From IMG/VR virus record IMGVR_UViG_3300006092_000329, positions 1,339 to 65,338 of that record: a DNA stretch of 64,000 nucleotides. One strand, given 5' to 3'. The notes beneath the pieces were generated by a model, which was given only the letters and a program-made list of their open reading frames with translations, searched no databases and had not been told where the DNA came from. Shown piece by piece: positions 54,601 through 62,223 of the stretch (positions within the stretch are counted from its first letter, which is position 1; each line of letters begins with the position of its first letter). The position numbers and the translations under genes were made by a program. The stretch comes from a virus. Lineage: Duplodnaviria; Caudoviricetes.

Positions 54601-57600
54601 AGCGTGATCCGGATTGACTCCGAATCCCGAAACTGGCGGGCCTTGACCTTCTCCATGTCGCCGTCGAATGGCGACATCTGCCACTCGTTGCCCTCATCTC
54701 CCTTGGTGAAGATGCGCTTGTAGATGTCCACGATGCGCGGGCGATCCGTGTTCGACGGGTTCATCCCGAAGTCCTTGGCGATTCCCTCGAAGGTCTTGGC
54801 CTTCGACATCTTCCCGTATCGCTTCACCCCCTTGGTGGCGGCAAGCTCCGCCCACGTCTCCGCGATCTGCTCGCGCACGTACTGGCGATAGCGTTGCTTC
54901 ACGCCACCGCCACTGAACTTCAATTCGTTGGCGTAGTTCTCATCCTTGGTCGGCGGAACCTTCGCCGTGCCGAGCACGCGCTCGCGGTACGTCGGCTCGA
55001 CCACAATGTCGGTCGATGGCTGTTCGCTGGTGCCTTCCCCCTCCATGGAGCCGACAAACTCCGCAGCGGACAGGAGGGACGGCCAGTCCCCGAGGTCGGC
55101 ACCATCGCCCTCCAAGTGATATGCGCCTTCGCTGGTCAGCCTGATCGTGTATCCGCCAGTGGTCCAGCGATGACCGAGGGCGTGAAAGGTCCAGTTCAAG
55201 CCGTCCGACTTGAAATCCTCGTCCTCGGATACGGTGGCGTTGTCGTAGTTGATGTGCTCGATGTGCGAGTTCAGATCATCGAGTTCATCCTGAATCGCCC
55301 GCATCTCCTCCTCGGACATCTTGCCGGGGCGATCTTCCTCCGACGACATGACGGTCGTGTCAGCCGCACGCTCCTGAAGGTTCGCATCCTTGAGCCACTC
55401 GCGGAATACGTCAACGCTATCGAACGAACGAATGCCGCCAATGCGGCTCTCCCATCCCTTCGTGTAGTTGCTCAGGTAGGCGTTGCGTGCGGTGCGTTCA
55501 CGCGGGAAGCCGAGCATGACCTTGTGCTCATCGAGCGAGCCGTCGGCGTTGTTCTGGTCGATCACGAACACCGGGCCGTTGTATCCGGCCTCGGTGCCCG
55601 GATTCACGAACACGTCGAGATGGTCCTTGTCCTTGCCGACCGTGCCCTTGATGTAGCCGTAGTGGTGCTTCATCGTCGGCCACGCGGGGTTGCGCTTCGA
55701 CCCCTGCGGGTTCTCGATGGCGATGTCCAGACCGCCGACGTTGATGTGACCCTTCTTGTAGTTCCCGTTGGCGATCTGAGCCTCGGTGGGCGGGGCAAGC
55801 TCGTTCTTCGTGGAGGTCGCGGCCTCGTGCGCCAGATCATCGATGCTCTGGTTCTTCGCCGCAGCTTCGTTCACGAAGATGTTGAACGCCTCCTCCAACG
55901 CATCGCGGGCCTGCTGGATCGCCTCGGTGGCAGGGGAAAGGAAGTGCCCGGTGTTGAAGCCCTTCTGCGACACGGACGCCAGCTTGAGTTGGAAGTCGGT
56001 GATCGCCCGGATGATCGCGTTGCGAATGCGATCCACCCACCCACGGTCCTGACCACGGAAGGCGTTCTTCCAGAAGCCGGTCTCGACCATGAACTCGCCC
56101 ATGAAGTCGGCGATCATCTCCTCGGTGACGTGCGCCTCGAACTTGGAGCGATCCCACCCGCGAGTGCGAGGATCGGTGCGCAGCACGAACGCCTTGTACT
56201 CCGGCACGTTCCACATCAGCGACTTCAGGCGGTTGACCAGCGATGCGTACAGCATCGGGTTCGACGTGGCGAGCGAGTGGAGCAACTCGTGGCCGAAGAC
56301 CTTCAGGATGTTGTAGCGAGAGGAGGCATTCAAGTACAGGGTGTTGCGGTCCCCGCCCTCCCCGGTATACCCGGCCCTGTTGTCGTCGCTGTTGTACCAG
56401 ACCACCTTGCGCCCGGTCAGGTGCGCGAGCGCGGTCGCAACGCGGGCAGACGCCATGTGGCCGTTCTGGCGCAATGCATGGATCACATCCATCGGGGCGT
56501 CAATGCCGCGAGCGATCACCGAGGTCAGGGCATTGATACCCGCGCTGCGGCGGGCCGGGGCGACGGTGCGGAGTGACCCGAAGGCGGGAGACTCTGCGCG
56601 ACTCACAGGACCGGAATCCGCGGGCGCTTCCTCCTGATTCGTTTTGGAGACATCGGCCGGCTTCCCGGCGCGCACGATGCTCAGGGCGTCCGCCACCCGC
56701 CCACCGGCCAGCGCCGCCGATGCCTCAGCCTGCTGCTGATCGGTGATCTTCCCGGCCTTCCATGCTTGGCTGATCTTCCGGGACACGTAGTCCGGGTTCG
56801 AGGTCAGGCCGGACAGCAGTTGCGCAGCCGGGGCAGGGTTTCCCCCAAGGAGTTCTGCGGAGGCGGCGGCGTAGTCGTCCTTGCTGATCAGCTTGGCCTT
56901 GACCGCATCGGCCAGTTCGTCGTGGACCGTCAAGGCATCAGGGGCTTGCGAGGCGGGCGCTGGCTGCGCGTTCGGCTCCTCGGCAATGGTCTCGGCAGGG
57001 GCGGCGGCTTTCCCGGCCTTCTTGGCGGGCTTTTCCAGCGCCTCAGCTTCGGCTTTGGCGGCGTCGAGGGTCGCCATGATCGCCGGACGGGCGGTCGCCG
57101 CAGCCATGATGGCCTTGGGGTCTCCCTCCATCTGGGCGATCCGGGCCTCCAGATCGTTCGCCGCCGCCTTGTGCTCCGCCTCAGCCAGCTTGGCGGCTGC
57201 GGTCGCCTCCTTCTGGGCGGTCTCCTCCGCCTTCCCGGCAGCAAGACCTTCCTTCAAAGTAGTTTTGAAGATGGCGTCAACGTCTGGCTGGAGTTCGTCC
57301 AGCGCCGCCTTCTGCTGGCGGAGTTCCTCCGCGTCAGCCGCCTCCCTCGCCTTGGCGATAGTCTTCATGATCGGCGCGGTATCCGGGACCGGCGATCCGG
57401 GAGGGGTGGCACCAGCGCCAGCCGTACCACTGGCATCCGTGCCAGCCGTCTCCGCTTGAGCGGCCCCGAGAACGTCCGAGGCGGCAAGGGGCTGATCCCC
57501 GCCACCGGGAGGGGGTGCCACACCACCGGGCCTGCCGGTGACGGGGCCGACCTCACCCGGCGCTCCGGTGGCTGCGAGCCGTTCCAGCAGGCTGCGACGG

Positions 57601-59084
57601 CCAGTGCCGGGGTCTCCGGCGATCAGGTTGCCGGTAGCCTTCGACGCCTTGTCGATCCCGAGCATGCCGCCGTACATCATCCCTGACTGAAGCACGGTCT
57701 GCACCAGCGTCTCGCCAGCCTGAGCCAGATAGTCGGCAAGGTTGGCGTTCGGCGTCTTGCCTGCGGTGAATCCCTTGTCCGCGAGGAACTGAATCAGCGT
57801 CGTGAGTTGCTCGCCCGGAATCTCGTGGATGATGTGGTCAGCGGCTTGCGCGGCGATCTGCGCGACGGGCTGGCCGAGCATGCTTTTGCCAAGCAACTTG
57901 CTGAACGACTTCATGCCAAACCGCTCGCCAACAACTTCCGCCAAGCCGTTCACGGATGCGTAGATGCCAGCATCGGTCGGAGAGTACCCCCTCGCTTTCG
58001 CGTCTCCATAGCTGCTGCCAAACGTCTGCGTGTACATCATCGCAAACGGCAGCGCCGATCCGCCAGTCAGAATTCCAGCAACGAGGGCTGGTGCGTTTTG
58101 TATCACCGAGGAGGCGGCGTTCTCCAGCATCCCGAGCGCACCATCACGTGAACCCATGGCTCGTTCGCGGATGTTGCTGCGTGCGGTAGCCTTCGCAAGC
58201 GAGGCCGTCACATTGTCAGTGCCGAGAAAATCAGAGTAAGCCTCCGCAGCACCGTACAGACTTTGCTTTGCCCCCTCCAGAGCTTTCGCCCCGGCGCGAC
58301 GAATGAACCCCGCCTTGCCGTACTCCTTTGCCGCCTCGAACGATGCCGCGAGTTCTTCATCGGTCCCGGTCTGCTGAACAGGATTCTCGACGCCGTTCGT
58401 GGCGTCCATGATCGCCCTGCCTTGGGCAGACGGAACATCGAGACCTTGATTGATGCCGCGAGCGATGCGGCCTTCCATGGTCTGAGCCAGCAACGGAGCG
58501 GACTTGTTCTCCGCCTCGATCCGTTGCAGCGCACCGTAGTCGCGCTCCAGAGGGTTGACCTTGGAGAGAGGGCGGCGAATACCCGGCTGATCACGCAACG
58601 CCTGCTCACGCGCTGCGGCACGGCGATCACCAGCGGCCTCGGCTTCGATCTGCTCTGCGGGCTTTGTGTTCGCAGGGCGGTTCATCTCGCTCACCGGGAA
58701 ATGACCCGGCCCGCCATTGTTGGCGTCCTGCATCACCCCGCCGCTGCTGTACTTGCGCTGGCGGAACTCGTCGCGCACACGCTCCACATCCTGCGGACCC
58801 TTCGCGTTCTGAGCGACGTACTTGTCCTCGTCAGGGTCAGAGATGACGCCGAGACGCTGGCCCGCCCTGCGGATACCAGCGCCGATGTCGCTTGCCACGT
58901 TGCCGAGGCCGCGACCAACCTCCTTCGCTACGTCGGTTGCCTTGTCGGTAATGGACGGCTCGTACTTCGGGAGCTTGTCCATGTTGTCGGCGACGTATTC
59001 GATAGCGTCCTTTTCACCAGCACCATCAGGTACGGTGACGCGATACTTCGACCCATTGGGGGCCGAGACCTCGAACAGAGGCAT
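48612..59084 (-). CDS. Giant polyvalent internal virion protein (zincin, iPPase-like, GNAT-like, ART-PolyVal domains)
   Basis: 3490 aa; HELLH; YKKGHINVGGLDIAIENPQGSKR...YGYIKGTVGKDKDHLDVFV; FKEWFGNS...YFRG...YPVFIRAENP...NQMKSATHNSG; TAGGAG RBS. Confidence 0.85.
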   Translation of the reverse strand: MPLFEVSAPNGSKYRVTVPDGAGEKDAIEYVADNMDKLPKYEPSITDKATDVAKEVGRGLGNVASDIGAGIRRAGQRLGVISDPDEDKYVAQNAKGPQDVERVRDEFRQRKYSSGGVMQDANNGGPGHFPVSEMNRPANTKPAEQIEAEAAGDRRAAAREQALRDQPGIRRPLSKVNPLERDYGALQRIEAENKSAPLLAQTMEGRIARGINQGLDVPSAQGRAIMDATNGVENPVQQTGTDEELAASFEAAKEYGKAGFIRRAGAKALEGAKQSLYGAAEAYSDFLGTDNVTASLAKATARSNIRERAMGSRDGALGMLENAASSVIQNAPALVAGILTGGSALPFAMMYTQTFGSSYGDAKARGYSPTDAGIYASVNGLAEVVGERFGMKSFSKLLGKSMLGQPVAQIAAQAADHIIHEIPGEQLTTLIQFLADKGFTAGKTPNANLADYLAQAGETLVQTVLQSGMMYGGMLGIDKASKATGNLIAGDPGTGRRSLLERLAATGAPGEVGPVTGRPGGVAPPPGGGDQPLAASDVLGAAQAETAGTDASGTAGAGATPPGSPVPDTAPIMKTIAKAREAADAEELRQQKAALDELQPDVDAIFKTTLKEGLAAGKAEETAQKEATAAAKLAEAEHKAAANDLEARIAQMEGDPKAIMAAATARPAIMATLDAAKAEAEALEKPAKKAGKAAAPAETIAEEPNAQPAPASQAPDALTVHDELADAVKAKLISKDDYAAASAELLGGNPAPAAQLLSGLTSNPDYVSRKISQAWKAGKITDQQQAEASAALAGGRVADALSIVRAGKPADVSKTNQEEAPADSGPVSRAESPAFGSLRTVAPARRSAGINALTSVIARGIDAPMDVIHALRQNGHMASARVATALAHLTGRKVVWYNSDDNRAGYTGEGGDRNTLYLNASSRYNILKVFGHELLHSLATSNPMLYASLVNRLKSLMWNVPEYKAFVLRTDPRTRGWDRSKFEAHVTEEMIADFMGEFMVETGFWKNAFRGQDRGWVDRIRNAIIRAITDFQLKLASVSQKGFNTGHFLSPATEAIQQARDALEEAFNIFVNEAAAKNQSIDDLAHEAATSTKNELAPPTEAQIANGNYKKGHINVGGLDIAIENPQGSKRNPAWPTMKHHYGYIKGTVGKDKDHLDVFVNPGTEAGYNGPVFVIDQNNADGSLDEHKVMLGFPRERTARNAYLSNYTKGWESRIGGIRSFDSVDVFREWLKDANLQERAADTTVMSSEEDRPGKMSEEEMRAIQDELDDLNSHIEHINYDNATVSEDEDFKSDGLNWTFHALGHRWTTGGYTIRLTSEGAYHLEGDGADLGDWPSLLSAAEFVGSMEGEGTSEQPSTDIVVEPTYRERVLGTAKVPPTKDENYANELKFSGGGVKQRYRQYVREQIAETWAELAATKGVKRYGKMSKAKTFEGIAKDFGMNPSNTDRPRIVDIYKRIFTKGDEGNEWQMSPFDGDMEKVKARQFRDSESIRITLQMPGADGKKVYGDIIFRGNNDTLGRPVAYLNTTQIGEGNLGRQFYQIVFNWAANNGVKIIQDPVMLTSINSFRRTELMLSAALRMGTTKMMGFPNTTNDQRLNGWIENPVKPLSSKNTRKMNYERDMENLANLILTSYDNVNHFIGDRLKAYSYEPKTDSIVRTNANGVKKTVSNEMLARAEAGRGDARLVGAGETTIRKFLITRWMLDELNRGADSSDLLDQMEAQGQGASQGVVYKMDDDFHPPMMAKGIKWPWTKGKGFSQVLGGKKYTIQPVSESHGQQHFALYKGLDKLKEKVGSYMAAIWAYIDAYGQTSDTTKKLFEDEHNLVSNGPNAEDMQKYAWEKGGEDSYQKEWIAKVGPHFATVIYHKPEGLYDWKIDATGEAAPDALPSFSAAVEEIEGLNKPTQDNEMPHPDSFWEADGSGGWTYTKDGVQTGFTISQSAGISGSSYSLWEDGFHKGNFGNLDSAQEAGETYAENSTADKSQSPEHFWGMPYKGHDLKVMKEYGKYVFYKDGTAVAVYEDSAAAMHHANNEIMDLDAAAEAQAANDADDNGKVVDLKNNYEIDLTKMGGTKQFYGGEKFSEDVVNGVKWEKFKKTVGGKKLTYWLEPGSGLVIVKDSGGVQVVTPSGDVASADGFIKAAKQLDETYLIPGSTSKAGKKLAPAVLVGGFQFGGWTYQHMKQKQPGGMPNKQFLFHKPSGMKIEPQQIGEATYYSASIGGKLYATDEASVGMAADVAKSVYLSTHTDSTLGSTGPVVDQDSVEQFLDQNPEYLNVVASTEPVAPKKTGAKLANMHDFNSLAPIVQEAVMFLSQYKQTSVTSILKAWGLQNPKGLYGEADLLGFQPSAGVLALGDDASAEMKKVKQWLTAVTSTKEFKEWFGNSVLRYKSGYLKGLPMVYFRGDSANVKVFHSGGYGITKPGDVVIFSSPSPGVAAGFGGKSANGFDIKSLPDFSSNHVPIPKKNNLYPVFIRAENPFDFENKEHLEMLRAKITEYNASKNIKTDISGLINAVSAGSWTTIEGVGVQKAIRSMGFDSFHTKEGAKNVAVYSKNQMKSATHNSGAWSRQDDDITMSVESDRPGMVMATANARPSRSLKERLYGTVSAAAAVPAPVTKAMQFTNKAANTILYPFKIIGDRTLAPVSDRLVQWGSNFMAAGPRRQRIAHGLSSDYGLPEPYIDARNDREIEINKTLRKSKALIDRIASLDRAEARVAYLWMQEKPNSIEEQALMALLDPDSVAALNDMKLEIDRLGQEAVRLGLLSPESYARNKMAYLHRTYQKHELDNPDAVARATQAKAIRADAYKLRGLRDNVAAAGYPNAQKGDKFVRLEKRNAAGVLQNFAYVKQGQPAPAKYAGWTTDGVWEYRFDDRMQKHGEMGMWRDLTAQERGRLGEIDEVRYAFARTMIATVRDIETARFLDWVGSTYGKSGTDVLAMGGVIKDASDSKITMETYALNEWVQVPMTEIKGTGIKKYGGAAGYHIPGHIWNDIRTVMNLESNSEVWKLYDSLLKMWKISKTALSPAVHTNNVMSNFILADLAGLGVDDVRRALRVIFDAKAGNANAKVLMERFYDSGSELGSMAQIELRQEVIEPLLKELQGQQNSTLAQLSLFQGISLAAHGKFSEAKAVLGSKAPVRALGVPFRAMIDLYRNEDAVFRLAKFIMETNAGKTDKDAGKLARAAFLDYNINAPWIQMIRRGPLPFVAFSYRAIPIIASAVVHQPHKVLKYAAVGHLLNAIAYAMLGAGADEDQERRMMAKEKSGRALGVFPRMIRMPWNDEHNSPVFLDVRRWIPGGDIMDLMGSHSSLPIPQWLSIGGPVSYFAEFFLNKSSFTGKPITLETDTDSEKAVKVFDHLFKFLAPNLPVPNPVGWWADSAFDQIGLFQTYSWKSIQSAGSGETDAFGRERNLRQAILGSVGVKETSQPADAAEQRLKYEHDKQARELNEQKASLKRMLDRKGISSEKFEAMMKNIERKQERISGEFQKAVSPEPASAQ

Positions 59085-59093
59085 GAGTCACTC

Positions 59094-60353
59094 CTACGGG
59101 CGAATCGGGGTGGCAGAAAATCCGCTGTAGTCACGCGGCACGACAGGCTCATCGGCGTCAGTCGTCCTGCGGATTCCGCCGTTGGTCTTGACGGATCGGT
59201 CGTAGGCGTCCGTCGCCTCCTTCTCGGTCTTGTACCTCGGTCGCCCGAGGTTGTCCTTCAGCGCCATCAGCGCCCTGATCCCACGAGCGCGATCCGCCGC
59301 AGCCTTCGTGTCCTTGCCGCGAGTCACGTGCCTGTAGGCGTCATCGAAGTTGTCGAAGACACCTTCTTCGACAAGACGGTCAGCCTCTCGCGTTGCCGCA
59401 GTACCGTTCGCCGCAGTACCTCGACCGGCAGGCCCGCGCTCCGCACGAATCAGCGCAGCCTCGGCGCGGGTGCCAGCGTGTTGCGCCTGCGTTGCGGCAG
59501 CGTCCGCCTTCCTTGACTCCGCGTCCGCCCGCTTCTCTCCGGCAGCGGTGGTCCGCTCCTTGAGGCCGATGTCGCGCAGCTTGTACGCCTTCTCGAACGC
59601 AGCGTTCGCGGCGGCGGTGTCGTAGGCCATCATGTCCGACGAGGCAAAGCGACCGGCCATGTGACGGAACTCGTCGGCGGTGTACTCGTGCCGAGTGACT
59701 TTCCCATCCTTCTCCACGTCGGCGTAGAACCGCTGCTTGCCGTCAGCGCCGGTCGTGCTGCCGTGCTGCTTGACCGTCCCGCCGTCATCGATCATGCCGT
59801 ACATCTCGGCGAGCTTGTTGTGAGCGTTTTCCATGTCGCCACGGGTCACGGCATCGTAGATGTGGCTCGCCAGATCGGTGCGGTACATATGCCTCATCTC
59901 GGCGTGACGCTTCGCGGCCTCCTGATACAGCTTCGAGTTGCCGTTCTTCAGGAGCACGTCCATCCCCGCCTGATTGGCGTCGATCATGTCCTTCTTCACG
60001 GCCCACGGATCACGGGCTGGTGCCTTCGCTCGCTGCGCTGCCGCCTGCGCGCTCGGGGTCATCTGGTCCGGCGACATCGGCGTGTCGGTGTCATCGAGGT
60101 ACGGCGTATCCGGGATGGTCTTGTCGAGTTGAGGATTGCGATCCATGAAATACTTCTGGGCCGCGACACGCGCCTCCTCCTCGTCGGCGGCGTTCCGCCT
60201 CGCCTCCTCGTCGCGGCGCTGCTGATCTGCGATCTGGAGATCGAGGAGCTTGTTCTGCTTGGCGCTTCGCTCCTCCTCCATTTGGAGGCGCTGCTGGTTC
60301 TCATACCCGCGAGCAATGCCCCCTCCGAGGGAGCCGAGTCCGATCATGCTCAT
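59094..60353 (-). CDS. Internal virion / ejection protein
   Basis: 419 aa from ATG 60353; LGSLGGGIARGYENQQR start, charged helical body. Confidence 0.7.
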   Translation of the reverse strand: MSMIGLGSLGGGIARGYENQQRLQMEEERSAKQNKLLDLQIADQQRRDEEARRNAADEEEARVAAQKYFMDRNPQLDKTIPDTPYLDDTDTPMSPDQMTPSAQAAAQRAKAPARDPWAVKKDMIDANQAGMDVLLKNGNSKLYQEAAKRHAEMRHMYRTDLASHIYDAVTRGDMENAHNKLAEMYGMIDDGGTVKQHGSTTGADGKQRFYADVEKDGKVTRHEYTADEFRHMAGRFASSDMMAYDTAAANAAFEKAYKLRDIGLKERTTAAGEKRADAESRKADAAATQAQHAGTRAEAALIRAERGPAGRGTAANGTAATREADRLVEEGVFDNFDDAYRHVTRGKDTKAAADRARGIRALMALKDNLGRPRYKTEKEATDAYDRSVKTNGGIRRTTDADEPVVPRDYSGFSATPIRP

Positions 60354-61597
60354 TTGCGACCTCCTGCGCGGCGAATGCCGCCCGAACGATCCTCGACCCG
60401 CTCCTTCTTCTCCAGAGCGTCCACCTTCTTCGCAAGCGCCTGAATGCCAGCGACCAGAGCGCCGGACATCGATGCCGCGTCGATGTACATCCCGCCCGGA
60501 GCGACGGCCTCGCCGAGATGCTTCTTCACATCCTCGGCATACGGGCCGATGTGATCCGGCTCGGGCGGAGCCTTGACCGGCTTGGCCGGCATCATCGCCA
60601 TGGGCTTGTACTTCCACTTCTCGACCTTCAGCGCCTTGATGCCAGCGAGAATCTTCTCCTCGCTGACGGGGCGCATCTTCTCCTTGAGCTTCTTCGAGGA
60701 GAACCACCCGGCCTTCTGCGCAATGGAAAGGCCGGTGCCAAGAAGTTGCCCGAATCCAGCCATGCCGGTCGCGTTCGCCTGCTGCTGCTGACCCCACGCA
60801 TTCATCTGCGCGTTGTAGCTCGCCATGTTGGCGGAGTTATTCGCGTTGGCGACGCCGATGCCGGTGTTCGCGGCAGCGCCCCATCCTGCAAGGCCAGCAT
60901 TGCCAGCAGCGATGCCAGCAGCGTTCGCGCCCATGAGCGTACCGGCACCGCTGTTCGCCCCGGAGAGAGCGACCTGATCGGCGGCAATGCCGGTACTCGG
61001 CATGTTGCGCCCGAACTTCACGGCGTTCTCGACACGCGACGCCCCGGTGTCCTCGACGGTCTTGCGTGCGCCAGTCATGGCACCGGCCATCATCCCCGCT
61101 TTGGCGAGACTGGCGGCGCGTGTTCCATTCAGGATGTCAGCGTTGGGGTTGACGATGCCAGCGCGGGCGAGGCTGCGGATCGCGTCCTCGTTGCTCGCGC
61201 CGAGGCTCGCCTGCACGTCTGCCGCAGCACTCTGAGCAGCAGCTTCACGGCGAGCCGGGGTGTCATACCCCATGGCATCCGTGACGTACTTGCGCTCGGC
61301 TGGCCTGAACAACTCCTCGTAGTCCGACCACTGCGCCTTCGACCGCTTCTGGTTGTCGGACCCGATGTCAAGCTGCTGCTGCGCCGCCGCTTTCAGGAGT
61401 GGGTCGTACTCCTTCATTCGGGCCTCAGCTTCGCGTGAGACCCGATCACCCGTATCCGACTGCTTCAGCATGGCCTGACCGACAAGCGGGTCAACCTGCT
61501 GAACGGCGGGCGCGGGAGGAGGGGATGAGTCACCCCCGAAAATGAAGTCCTGAAAACGACCGAACCCCATGGGGTCGCCATGGGGTTCCATCGACAT
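60350..61597 (-). CDS. Ejection-type protein with C-terminal peptidase S74-like chaperone domain
   Basis: Gly/Ala/Gln/Asn-rich helical region, then SSKKLKE...WKYK...HIGPYAEDV; start approximate. Confidence 0.7.
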   Translation of the reverse strand: MSMEPHGDPMGFGRFQDFIFGGDSSPPPAPAVQQVDPLVGQAMLKQSDTGDRVSREAEARMKEYDPLLKAAAQQQLDIGSDNQKRSKAQWSDYEELFRPAERKYVTDAMGYDTPARREAAAQSAAADVQASLGASNEDAIRSLARAGIVNPNADILNGTRAASLAKAGMMAGAMTGARKTVEDTGASRVENAVKFGRNMPSTGIAADQVALSGANSGAGTLMGANAAGIAAGNAGLAGWGAAANTGIGVANANNSANMASYNAQMNAWGQQQQANATGMAGFGQLLGTGLSIAQKAGWFSSKKLKEKMRPVSEEKILAGIKALKVEKWKYKPMAMMPAKPVKAPPEPDHIGPYAEDVKKHLGEAVAPGGMYIDAASMSGALVAGIQALAKKVDALEKKERVEDRSGGIRRAGGRK

Positions 61598-61607
61598 CTT
61601 CCACTGG

Positions 61608-61997
61608 CTACGGCTGAGACGATAGGACATAGCGAGTACCTCTTTCGGTCATCTCGACGGGAGCGAAGCCGGTGCCTTCCACCAGTCGTGCGCCAGCTTG
61701 ATTGCCAGTCATCACGCCCGTCGTAACAGGGCCGGATTCGCCAGCCCACCTGAGTATTCTACGGATGAATGATCGAGTTGCCCATCTCCCCCTCCATTCA
61801 GGGAGAACGCCGATGTGCAACTCACCCTGCCTGCGGATTGCAGCGCCCACGACGAGGCCGTTTACCTTCAGGTAGGCCAAGTCCCACCCGAGCGCCATCT
61901 TCACGAACTGCGCGAAGTCTCCGGCCACTCGATCACGGTAGCAGTTGAACAGGACGCGGATCGCGTCGCCGTCGTCTGGAGTGACTTCACGAGTCAA
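61608..61997 (-). CDS. GNAT-fold acetyltransferase-like virion gene
   Basis: LHIGVLPEWRGRW motif A; NQAGARLVEGTGF motif B. Confidence 0.7.
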   Translation of the reverse strand: MTREVTPDDGDAIRVLFNCYRDRVAGDFAQFVKMALGWDLAYLKVNGLVVGAAIRRQGELHIGVLPEWRGRWATRSFIRRILRWAGESGPVTTGVMTGNQAGARLVEGTGFAPVEMTERGTRYVLSSQP

Positions 61998-62223
61998 GGC
62001 GGTTGATGACTTGCGTCAGCAGTTGGAACACGGCGTTCAACTTCGCTTCGAGCGCGTTGCACTCAGCCTGCGTCGGCGGAGACGAGAACGTGAGGGTGCT
62101 CAGGGTTGGGATCGTGATCCTGTTGTTGCGACGGCCAGTGAGGATTTCGAGGTTGTCCTGAACCGCCTTGAACCACGTGCGGTCAGGCGGGTAGCGATCT
62201 GGGATCGACGGCTTGCCCATCAC
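61987..62223 (-). CDS. Small virion-associated protein
   Basis: 78 aa, coupled to tail tube gene. Confidence 0.6.
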   Translation of the reverse strand: MMGKPSIPDRYPPDRTWFKAVQDNLEILTGRRNNRITIPTLSTLTFSSPPTQAECNALEAKLNAVFQLLTQVINRLDS

